Of a stretch of DNA of 64,000 bases, positions 50,241-61,601 are shown piece by piece. The notes beneath the pieces were generated by a model. The model had not been told where the DNA came from, made no database searches, and saw only the letters and a list, made by a program, of their open reading frames with translations. The stretch is from Lama guanicoe. Taxonomy: Eukaryota. The stretch is from assembly GCA_013239625.1 (NCBI GenBank), contig MU056000.1, forward strand, positions 10,055,175-10,119,174, read 5' to 3'. Numbering within the stretch: position 1 is the first letter of the stretch; every line of letters begins with the position of its first letter. A program made the translations under genes and the position numbers.

Positions 50241-50699
50241 CTTAACTTGTCTGTTCTGTTTTAGTTGGTGGTGTGTGTTTTATGTGGAATCACTACTTTA
50301 CTAGATTTTATGTAAGCCTATCTATGTATTTGTGATTATATACATTTTAAAAACTCTAAATGAGATTTATTTAAATGTTAGTGATGGTTGCCTTTGGGTT
50401 GTGAAATTATTGGTTATCTGTATTTTTTTCTGAAAAAAAAAGGCCATATCACACGTATGTTACTTTTATCAGGGAAAAAAGTTGTTTTTAAACAGCGAAG
50501 ATTAGTTGTGACTGGAAGTCACACATCTCTAAGCCTAACTGAAATTATCCTGCCTCATCTGCCTGATTTTTGGGGACATTTGTGTTTTTCAGGTTATGTT
50601 ATGTGTGAAATGGGGCACTGCCACTGAATGCCATCTAAGTAGTTGAAACAATCATTCTACCTTTAGACGTTTAGAAATCCCAGTAGTCTGTGCTCTGCT

Positions 50700-50815
50700 C
50701 CTTTTTTGTGACTGATGAGGCATCTGTCTGCCTGGGTGGTTAAGTGACTTGCCCAGAGTCATGTGGAGGAAGTTGAGGGTCAATTTAAAGTTCTGACCCT
50801 GAGTCCAGTGTTCTT
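50700..50815 (-). mobile_element. MIR fragment
   Basis: ggttaagtgacttgcccagagtca...tctgaccctgagtccagtgttctt. Confidence 0.6.
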
Positions 50816-51609
50816 AGAAAACCCTTAATACTGTTTTCATTTGTTTGTAGCCACCTTCTGGCCACAAGGGACTATGAAGTGTTAAAGAACCTTCCGCTTA
50901 AATTTGTGCCATTTACTGGATAATATTCCAGAGCTTTACATGCAGAAGTCATCGAAGACCATTTGGCTGTGGTTGGTGGTTAACAGCTTAAGGTGATGCT
51001 GGGTTGGTTTCTGGGTAGACTGGTCGTGAAGTGCTGATCAGTCTGCTGCTTAGCATTCATCCTGTAATTACGCTGTTAGTCTATAATTGCAAAAACATAG
51101 TTGGGTTGATTGATGGAGGGCAGGTAAATTTGTGCCAGTTGTTTAAATTTGTAAACTTTCTCTAGAATGAAGACCTGCCTGCCAGGAGAAGAAAGGTCTA
51201 CCTGTGCACCACTGAGTGATGTCTGTCGAAGGTCAGGAAAGCCTCCCTCAACCCCTGCAGACTCGCTCTGATTCCCCTCTCCTGCCCGCTCAGAGCACCT
51301 TGTCCTGGATCACTTGCTCCTGTGGCGTCGGGCATGTATGTGGGCACATATGCTTGTATGTCAGGGTGCTTCCTGCCCAACCTGTCTCAGCTCCGGGCAC
51401 AGCGCCCCTCACACAGCAGGGGTGCAGCAGCAGTGAGAATGCCCTTCACCCTGTCCAGTGCTGACCCCTATCCCTTTCTCTTTTTGAAAAGACGTATAAA
51501 GACCCGATTCCTAAAGCAGTTACATCATTAGTCACGGCTTTGGCTGGAAGCAGTGGAAACCATTTCGAGCCAATAATAAGCATCTCAGGTGGTAACAGTA
51601 GCATGTGTG

Positions 51610-52091
51610 TATCAAGAACCACGAACCGCTGAGCTGTTTACCCTACTCGCAAGCTGAAAGGTTAGTCTGCCACAGTCTGACAGCTGCTGACAGAAGACAC
51701 GAGACTCCTGGCTCAGAGACCAAGAAATTTTATTACTCATGGTGCTAACAGTAGTCATGGTATCAGCATTTTGGGGCACTAGTTCTAGAAAACCTGATTT
51801 CTATAGGGTGATGCTGAGAAGGCTAGTCAATACTTGTGCATGCTGTGGGGTGTATCGTAGGAGAGGAACCCTGAGTCTTTTATACTGGACTGTAAACCTG
51901 GCTGTTCTTTGCTCTGAAGAGAGACCGTCTCTTTGCCTTCCAAGGCCTTAAGCAGACCTGCCTTTGCTCTGGGGGGAAACACTGTCTTCTGAGTCTGTTT
52001 GCCTAAATTGATCCTTGTAATGATGATCTGGAGCAAAGAGTGCCTCTGCTTGCGTCATGTGTAGAATCGTGAGAGACCTCGGTCTCCACCA
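51610..52091 (-). mobile_element. ERVL-type solo LTR (MER54/MER73/MER74/MER88 group)
   Basis: cagaagacacgagactcctggctcagagaccaagaaattttattactca and terminal atgtgtagaatcgtgagagacc...gtctcc resemble this LTR group in antisense. Confidence 0.65.
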
Positions 52092-55000
52092 GGGCTCTGC
52101 CAGTAATGTGCATTGTGGAAATTTAGGAAACAGAAGGAAAATAGTTGCTGGAATCCTTTCACTCTAAAGTAATCACTGTTAAAGTCTTGAAATACATACT
52201 TTTAGTGTTTTATCCCCTTAAGTATAGATATTTGTATATAGCATGTGTTTCATAAACATTGCTAATATTGTACAGTCTAACTTATAACTGGGTTTTTTCT
52301 GCTGGCACTGTGTTATACCTGTTAGCCTCTCCTAACCACCTGGGTTCTTATCGACATGGTGGAGCGTCTTTGTCCAGTCTTGTGGTCCTTTGGGCCACAC
52401 TCTCTGCCCAGCACTTAATTTCACTAAGTATAGAATCAGAGTTTTAAAGATTCAAGAAGTTTCAGATCATTTGATCCAACCCTTTCATTTAAGGTGTTAA
52501 TGCTCTCGTTTACCATAACGACGTTTCACTGAGAACTTCTGGAAGCAACAGCACAACCTTAATGTGGAACTGTAATGGTGGGAATTGGGGCGTTTTCAGA
52601 AGTTGCTGGATCAGCCACGTCACTTGGGTGATTCTCCTCCTGCTGTTGTGCCGTAAGTACGGGGGCCCTCGCGTTAGGCCCTGACTAGACTGTGTGAGCC
52701 TGGGTCTGGCTCTTCGAACCTCTTAACCCTCTTGATCCTGCCCAGTCAAGCCCACAGTTGACTCCCGTGGACTGAACTCCGAGGGCCACCTTTGCTCATA
52801 CCTGTATCCTCAGAACCCCTCAGGAATCAGGCTGTTCATCACGGAGCAAGTGGCTTGGAGCCCTGGGAAGTGCTTGACCAAACAAGAGTTAGTTTTAAAA
52901 CTTATTCTTCCAGTCAGACTCAAGTCTTTGTGAATAGTAGCAAGACAGTTCATTTCCAGCATATGCATCTTTCAGTTTATTAAAAACTATGGAAAAATCT
53001 TTTCCTGAAAAGTATTCCCCCAAACCTGCAACTTGAGGTGTTAAATATTCATATTTCTAGATTCCATTAAAGACAGTTGTGAGATATTTATAGAAGTAGA
53101 ATCTGCACTGGTTTAAAAAAATTCAGTGTTCTCAAGATTCTGGATTATTAAGGCAAAATTGCTAAATATTCTTTTGAATGGTGTCTTTCTTTGGAAGGGC
53201 ACAAAACTGTTTTACCTGCTTTCAAAAAAATATTATTCTTTGTTGAATGATTTAAGCCTGTTAGTTCTTGGAAAATTATAACACATGCTGCCTTCAAAGA
53301 ATAAAACAAGTTCCAGCTTCTTTTCCTAAGAAGTGACTGTTGTTATTAGGATATTTCTACTCCTGGTGTCATTCTGTGGACTGGACTTTATGGAGCAGAC
53401 ATCCGAGAAGCTCGCTGGGGCTGTGGCATTTTGTATTCTCTTTACATAATTTTATTCTCTTTCTTAATCCCCTGCCTGCCTTCTTCCCTGTTATCCCAGA
53501 GAAGAAGATCTGTGGCAGGGTGCCACATTCACTACCAGAGCTTTGCTGACCTTGAACAGAGCCTTGTCCAGTCGGTACCTTTGGTCTGACCATTCCCTTT
53601 GTTGGATCTTGGTTTCCTAAGTCAGATGAGGTGCTGCACCCTGGCCCAGATAGGGAGCTGGGGTGAGGAGGCTGGGGTAGAGTTGGAATGGGTCAAGCAG
53701 ACTTGGAAGGAGAGAATGTAGCCTACGTTGGGGTTGCCCAAGTAAATGCTTGTGGTTTGGAGACCCCCCTGAAGTAGCATCATTTAGGGGTCAGGGCACA
53801 GTCCTCCATTGACTAGAACAAGGGCGTGAGAGTAGTGCGCTGGCCATAAGCCAGGAATTCTGACCTATGCTTCTGCCCTCCCCAGGGTGGGAGAACCAGT
53901 CATGGCCACAGTGTCTTCTGGGAGCCAGATGCCATGTCCTAGGGGCTTTGCCTGTTGTGCCATTGAGTCAGGGGCCCTGCACTCACCCCTCCCCTCACTG
54001 TGATCCCTTCATTCTGATTGTGAAGGACGCCCCTGCCCTTCTCAGGGCCCCACCCCTCCCCAGCCTTCCTCATCCTTAGGTCTTAGCTCACTTGCTACAA
54101 GGCTTCTCTGACCCCTCAGGTTAGGAAACTCCCTTTTAGACACTTCACAGGATCCTGTCCTTCGTCTTTAATTGCACTTGTCACTTGAATACGGATTGTG
54201 TTGATTATGTAGTTTATTTCAGTCTCCCTGAAGGATGGGTATACTTCTTGGGGCAGGGAGTAAACGTTTGTGCTTCACCTCTGGACACCCAGGCCATGTT
54301 CAGGATTACTGTGAGTGCCCGGTACGTGTCTGCCGACTACATGGCTTACGCTTGGTATTTCCCCCTTGGGCCTGGGTCAGCCTAGAAATTGTTGGGCTGG
54401 GTCTGCAAGGAGAGACCTGCCAGCTGTAAGTTGTGGTGGGAGACATGTAATCCCGATAAGAGGAGTGTCTTAACTGAAAGGCACTGGGTTTTCAAAGGGT
54501 TCATGGTACATAATAGAGCCATTCATTCACTACGAGGACCTCCCCTCAGTTTCAGCTTTGGTGTGGTTACTGATGTTAGATAATTACTTTCACTTCCAGC
54601 GTATGAACAAATTACCCATTTAGTGAGTTAATTTTTCTTCTCTTTTATTAAATGACTGAGTTTTTGCTTTTTCAAAGTTAGCCAAAAATTCTCTTAACAT
54701 GTTTAAAAAATTAGTATTCCTTCAAAGCTAATTGTACCCGGAAGGAAAACTTATTTCCGATCTGCTGCTTATGTTTTGGAGTAACTTAAGGAGATTTTGC
54801 TTCTGTTTATCATACAACAAAAGTATAATAAGAGTTAAAATTGTACCTTAGCCGTAGCAGTGCTTTAAAACTGAAATATGCTTTTATATAAGACTTCTGA
54901 CACTGGATTGGTTGCAGGTAAATGCATTGCATTTTGATTGTGATACTTTGGCCAGGTCACATCCTGTCGTTTTTAAGAATGTTTGGCTGCATTGTTTGTT

Positions 55001-55539
55001 AATTTTGAGAATTAAGTGTAACTGCTCTGATAACAGAACCGTTTCCTGGAAGGAGGGAGGAGCTCTGAGCTGAGACGACCCATTACGTGAAGGGAGAGGT
55101 TCTTTTTATTGCTTCACTTAGTCAAATTTACTTTGATAATAGTAATGAATTAGTTCTGCTCATTTATTAATTCTGAATAAATTGCTCATTTTTCTGAAAA
55201 TATTGATTGTCTGCAGATCATAAGACCTGCATTAAATAAAAGCGAAAACCTGGAAGTGATTGAAAATCTGGGCCCAGAAGTATATAGGTGGACCTAAATG
55301 GCAGTCATGCTTACTTTGCTTTGACAGTTTCAGGAAAAAAAAGATAAAAATGAAAGTCCTGTTATCACCCTGTGAAAGTCCCATATAATGCCAGCCTAAC
55401 CAACATTTCTAGACTATTCTTAGGCCCTTTTCACAAGTTGAAGTAATTTTAGCAATCAGTGTCTTCTGCTGTGAATACCAGTATATTCATTTCAGTCATG
55501 TATGATTTTATTTATGACTTTATTCATAATTCTGAAGAA

Positions 55540-55630
55540 CTACCCAGTCAACCCACAGAGTCATGAGAAATAAGAAGTTGTTGTTTTGAGCCACTAAGTT
55601 TTGGGTGGATTGTTATACAGTAGATACTTG
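55540..55630 (+). mobile_element. MLT1 LTR 3' end fragment
   Basis: cccagtcaacccacagagtcatgagaaataa...gttgttgttttgagccactaagttttgggtggattgttatacag. Confidence 0.75.
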
Positions 55631-58600
55631 ATATTCCAGGTATAGTCATAACTTAAAAAAAGAAATGGAGTAAGCAGGTTTCTGTATTCTACTCACCTAT
55701 GCTTGGCACTGAATAATTTACCTACTTCCCAAATTCTACTCTTTTCTGAAAGAATAACAGTTTACTGCATTAAGAATCTTCCAGAGAACGTGCCACCTGC
55801 TTTGTGGGCAGTTTGAAAAGAGAGCTTCCAGATGACTTTGTGCCTCTCTAGAGTGTGTGTTGGAGTAAGTCTGTAGCATCCCAAGGTGGTTACTTAGAGG
55901 ATTCACTTTGACATCTTTGTTAAAAGTAAATAAAAAGAAAAAGAAAAAGAAACAGCTTTATTCCTTATTTCCAGACATTCCCCCTCAAGGACGACACCGT
56001 CTTAGTCCTGGTGGTTTTCTTCAGAATCTGATTAGGGAGGTGATACTTGGCAGAACATGTTTTCTGGTTGGCTCTTTCTGGCTTTGTACTTAATAATGGA
56101 ATAATATTATGAAGACAAAGATCTTATCTTCAAATGACCTTTTTATAGTCTTAGTAAAAAAAAAAAAAGGTAATAAATTCTGAGAAGCAGTCTCCCTTAC
56201 CATTCTGTTATCCACCCGGCATGCCCCTCAGTGCCCTCAAGAATGTGCATGCGTCGTGGGGGACACTGTGAGCCACCCTCTAAAGGAGAGTCTACACGTC
56301 CCTGTCCCCTGTGGAGGAGGGACTCCGGGCAGGTGGGGCAGGTGCGGGCTGCTGGCTGTTGAGAAGTGCAAGGAGCGGTTAGGATTCAGGGAGGAAAGCA
56401 AGCTCTAGCTGATTGTTCTGTAAAACAGATAGTTTTTTACCCCCTCTTTATTATTTGACTATTGTTCCACCGCACCTCAGAACACATCTGATACTTTTAA
56501 GTAAAAGCAACACTTGGAGGAAGAGCTGCAGCTTGCTCTCTGGAGTCTTCAAGGGTGTCTTGAATGCTTCTGGACCTTGATGAAAGAGCGAAAAACTGTC
56601 AGTGGATGCTTTAAGTTTTTCTAAACCTTGATAAATGTACTAGAGCTGGCCGGTAGCTATAGACTGTAAAAAACTGCTTGTGCTTTTTATTTCTTGGGAA
56701 ACCCTTGTTTGGAATCATATGTCTTGTTTGAAGCCAAAAAAGTGTTATCGGTGACAGTGCTCCTGTGAGATCTTGCCTTGACCTCGCACAACAAAAGATT
56801 GATTTTGAAAGCCTGTCTGTCTGTTCACCGCATAGGCAGTTTGGGAGCCGAGTGCAGGGAGGGAGGGGGACGGGGTCTTGGGGGTGCATGAGAGGAAGGG
56901 GTGCCGCTTCCTCCCCGGTCGGTGGGCACAGAGGAGCGTGACTTCCCTCCTTCCGCTGCCAGGTCATCCTTGTCCTTAGGATGGCTGGCAGCTTAGCCGG
57001 AAGCAAGGTCCTGGCCCCTCTGGGCCGCTGGAGGCGGACAGTCATTGTATGGTCAGCATGGGCGCATGTCATATGGGAAAGTGCCCTCAAGTACAGGGAA
57101 AACTCTCTTACTAAATAGAGATCTGGAGAAACACACGGTAGAGTGTCATTTCAGACAAAAGATTTGGGGAAGAGGCTGTCTGAAACAAGACCATTGTGGT
57201 GAGCAGGTCACCCATCAAAATGTCATTCTGATTTGCAGACAGAGGTGGAGTAAGGGCCATGGTGTAGTGTGGAAAGTTACCCCGACGGTGGATGCTTGAG
57301 GGGTGGCTCTGACCGGGGGCGACTTACTCGCCTCTCTGTAAAGTGGGGGCAGGGATGGTCCTCACTCAGAGGTCTGTTGTGGTGACTGAGTCACTTAGTA
57401 CCGTGGAGTGCCTAGAACAGGCCCTGACACCACACAGGCGTTGCACGCGTTTCCTTAGTAACAGTTGTCAGGAGTTCCGTTAGGCTTGCTAGAATCCTGC
57501 CATCATCCCCCCTGAAACGCATGCACACCCAGCCTTCCCCGCTGTGACCTCCCACGGCTGCGACAGAGACACATGGCAGTATTTGTGGTGTAAAGGGAAG
57601 TGCCCCGGGATTAAGGAGGGTGCAGGATTTTGTTGTCCTAAATGGCCAACTATTGCCAGAAAAATCCAAAGAACATTGTTGTGTGAGCCACAGCTGCAGG
57701 AAGTGTCTGCTGGAGCTGAGCTCTGAGTAGGTGGGGTTGACTGAGCACGTCCATCACATGCCTCCTTAGCTGTTCTTCTGTGGGTTGGAAATTCTTTGGA
57801 AAGTAGAACTTGTTATCCAGAGAAACAGGAATTAAAAATTCATCAGCACAATGAAGTGGCTACTGTTTCATTCAGGAGTACTCAGCAGTGCGCAGTGATA
57901 GTTCCTCAGCATTTGAAGTTAGCTGACAATTGAATATCCTGTTCATTACATTCAGTTCAAAATGAAGATCTGTTCTTGTTTCTGAAGTTCGTTGGCCAAG
58001 GATAGGAAGATAAAAGCTTCCGGCAAAAATAGGAATCTTTCAGTTGTAGTTGTTTAAATTTAATTCACAAAGAACTGCATACCACACTCCACGATAACTC
58101 ATTAATTTTTATTATCTGGCCACATAGGTGTTAAAAACACAATGTATAAGAATTACTAGCATTTTAGAATATACCGACTTTTTGTTTTACAATGTACTCT
58201 TTGGAAAAAGAAGCTTCTTTTAAAAAATTAAACATAATGCTCAGTTCATCCAGATTTTTGTTACAGTCTTGAGAACTTTGCATTCTCTTCAATGAACTTG
58301 TAGCCAGGCCTTCCAGATGTTTCATGTCTCCAGAAGTTTAACTCAGCTCTTTTCCTAACCATGAGGCTGTCCGAGGTCTCAGCAGCCCCAGTGCCTAATG
58401 GCCTCCTGACCTCCAGGGTGTCTCTGGCCACCGCTTCTGTTCTTGACTGCACAGGACCTTCAGTGGCTGCTTGCTCCTGAAAGCTGTCATTCTGTTTTGA
58501 TGACATCTTCATGTAACTTCTGCACAACTTAGGTACATGTTCATTGTTTGGGTGAGATGGAGCCTGCAGTTTGGAGTGTAGCATTTTGAAACCACTTTAT

Positions 58601-58844
58601 TATTGTTATTCCTAAGTCCTGCCAAAAACGAAGAAAGTAAAACTCGCTAAAATGTAAGTATCTGTCTGCTGTTTTGGTTTATATTTCTGTTTAGGCGTTC
58701 CCTTTCTATTTAGATTTGTATGCATTTAACTATATAGAAGCATATAGAATCATATTTTGTGTATTTTTTAAAGGGGTCATTTCATAATACAATTTTATTA
58801 CTAGTTTTTTCTCCACCAAGGAACAAGCTGTGGAAAGACATCAA

Positions 58845-59735
58845 ACTAACCATAAAAGTAAAACTATAAAACTTCTAGAAGAAGACATAAGGGAACATCT
58901 TTGTGATTTTTGGATTAAGCAAGATTCCTTAAATGAGACAAAAACATGAACAGCAAAAGAAAAAGTTGATAAATTGAATGTCAAATTAAAAAAAAAAACT
59001 TTGCTTTTTAACATAATGCCATTAAGAAAATGAAAATACAAGCCACAGATCAGGAGAAAAATACTTGTAAGTCAAATATCCCGTAAAGGATTTGATTATA
59101 TGAAGAACATCTACAACTCAATAATGAGAAAATAAACAACTAAGTTAAAAGATGAGCAGGAGATTTGAATAGAACTTCAGGAAATAGGTTATATTAACAG
59201 CAAATAAACACATGGGAAATGGGCAGTATCCTTAGTCACTAGGAAAGTGCGAATTTAAACCACAGCGGAATAGTGCTACCCCCCCTTCTAGAATGGCTGT
59301 AATGAGAAGATTGACACTGCCAAGTGGTGGTGAGGATGTGGAGAAACTAGAACCCTCATAAACTGCTGGTGGGGATATAAAATTGTACAGTCGCTTTGGG
59401 AAAGAGTTTGCAGTTTTGTAAAAAGTTAAACACATGCTTACTTTGTGAACCAGCAATTCCACTTCCAGGTGTCTGTCTCAAGAGAAATAAAAACATGTTC
59501 ATGCAAAGACGTTTACACAAATGCTCATGAGCTTTATTCCCAATAGACTGATTGAAACAGTCTGAATGCCTATCCCCTGGTGAATGGAGAAACACGAAGC
59601 GGTATTTATAATGTCCGTGCCGGGCAATTCAGCAGTCAGAAGCAGACTTCAGACACATGCTGCAAAAAGGATGACCGTCAAAGAGCAGCATGCTGAGAGC
59701 AAGAGCCAGACCCTGCATAGTCCATGGCTTAGAAG
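58845..59735 (+). mobile_element. L1M fragment: ORF2 C-terminal region and proximal 3' UTR (degenerate)
   Basis: aaaactataaaacttctagaagaagacata, gaggatgtggagaaactagaaccctcata...gctggtgggg, ccagcaattccacttccagg are hallmark L1 ORF2-end motifs. The frame is disrupted. Confidence 0.9.
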
Positions 59736-60444
59736 AACTCTGTGTTGCTTGAGGGATTGTATGGAAGAACCAGCTTTTCCCTCAATATTTTAAAGGGAAT
59801 TTTTAAAAGGTTGGACAAAGTTCATAGTAAAAGTAGCCCTTAGGTAGTCCAGGAATGTGTGCATGATGAAATAGTCCAACTATTTCACTTTCTTTTGTTT
59901 GTAGTTTTTTCCTTGGAAACAAAGACATTATAGATACTCATGATCTTCCCCCTCCCCCCACCATGTGCTCCCTCCCTTTTTTGCTTGTGTTTGTGATTAA
60001 GTGTCTTATGAGCAAAGTTGTGAGTTTTATAGTGAAGATCCTTAAGAAAATACCTTGTCATACCTCCAGGCAGTACTTCAAGGTTGCTCATCTTTTAAGT
60101 TGTCAGGAAATGTTATCAGCCTCAGGTTTAGGGAGAGAGGAGCCCAGGAGAGGAAGAGCATTGTTGTGCCCCCAGCAGATGGTCCTGACGGTGCTGGCTT
60201 ATCTCTCCAGCCTGGGATGGAGCACCCCGTGTTGGTGGGGGAGCCTGGCCAGGCGAGTGAGCAGATGATCCCAGGCTGTCGGGCTCATGGGGTGTGGACA
60301 TCCAAGTAGGGGCTGGCAAACCCTTTCCTTGAATTTTGAAGGAAGATCAGAAGTTAAATGACGGGCTGATTCTGTATAGAAGGTCGGAAGCATGAGATGT
60401 CATCATCATCGTTGAAAGAAACCAGGCATCACTTCTGAGTACAA

Positions 60445-60550
60445 TATTTTGTCTCACTTCCTCATTTACAGACGGAGAAACGGAATCTAGGGAGGTTGGG
60501 CTTCCTGAGGCCACATACGTAAACGTAGAATTGCCCCTGACCTGAACGGG
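60445..60550 (-). mobile_element. MIR fragment
   Basis: cctcatttacagacggagaaacggaatctagggaggttgggcttcctgaggccaca. Confidence 0.6.
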
Positions 60551-61276
60551 GGTGGCCTGGTTTCCCACGGTGCCCCGCCCCTGGCCGCGGCCTTCTTGTT
60601 GACTACGTGCATTGCACCTCAGACGCTGTCTAGACGTCCTGTGACTTAGGCTTGCGTTGGTCGGAGCCATGAGAGGCCTCACTTTCCCAGGCCTTTTGAG
60701 ATAGTTGAGAGGAAGTCATGTTGTAGTATTTGTTTCTTATAATTCTCCTTTCAAGTACTTTTTGAAACAATGTTTTCTTGTTTCATAATTGTTTGGGAGG
60801 AAAACCACGGAAGGGAAAGTAAAGAGTCAAAATTTTATTTCAACATGAACCATAGACATTACCACCCTCCCCTTTTCATCAGTTATTATTGATATGATTT
60901 TAAAGTGTCAACTTACTCTATTTAGCCTTATTTATTGTTCAGTAGTTCTAAATTAAAGTTAAAATTTGAAGTCAGCAGAAATGAGATGGACATCAAAGAA
61001 TCATGGACCCACAAAAGCGACGCGCATGCGGGAGGCTCCCCACTCTCAGTCCTTCCGTGAACTCCTTTCTGTCCTTAGCCGTTTTCCTGCTTCTCATGAT
61101 GTCCTTTTCCTTTCCCTTCTTGCCACCCTTCCCGCGCCTGCCCTTGTCAGTTCATCATAAGCCTGCAGGCCAAATCTTGGATCTGTTCCCTTGACACTTT
61201 GAGGAAATGCTCAAGTGTCCTGGCGGCCACTGGTAGCCAATAAGGGAACAGGTGGAGCTTTTGAGGATTCCCCATA

Positions 61277-61601
61277 CAGTGACCTTTGAACAAAACGGGT
61301 TTGAACTTTGTGGATCCACTTATGCACAGATTCTTTTCAATAAATATAGCACCTGCATTTTCACTTTACAGGTCTTCAGATTGAGTGTGGGGGGTTGTTT
61401 GTGTTGAATTAGAGATCACAATATGTGGAATCAAAAGAACTAGGGTTTGAGTCCTGATTCTGCCCAGACTGTCTGAGATTCCTGCCTTTGGGTGAGTCCT
61501 TGGTCAGTTCCTTTGTTTTCACAGCAGAGATGGCAGTACACGGATTTCTGACGGCACAGGGGTCGGTGCCCCTAACCGCTGCATTGTAGAAGGGTCAACT
61601 G
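61277..61601. mobile_element. Tigger2/MER8-family non-autonomous TcMar DNA transposon
   Basis: Terminal inverted repeats CAGT-GACCTTTGAACAA and TTGTAGAAGGGTCAACTG. TA precedes it at 61275-61276, and CA follows it (probable mutated TA). Subterminal cgggtttgaact...tccacttat and ggggtcggtgcccctaacc are present. Confidence 0.85.

Noticed and set aside
52073..52086. Back-to-back BsaI sites GAGACC-TC-GGTCTC resembling a Golden Gate cloning scar
   Set aside because: It falls at the end of an ERVL-type LTR whose consensus, as I recall it, already has gagagacc...gtctccc. There is no vector sequence nearby.
58841..59595. Minus-strand ORFs of 66-79 aa
   Set aside because: These are antisense translations of a degenerate L1 ORF2/3'UTR fragment.
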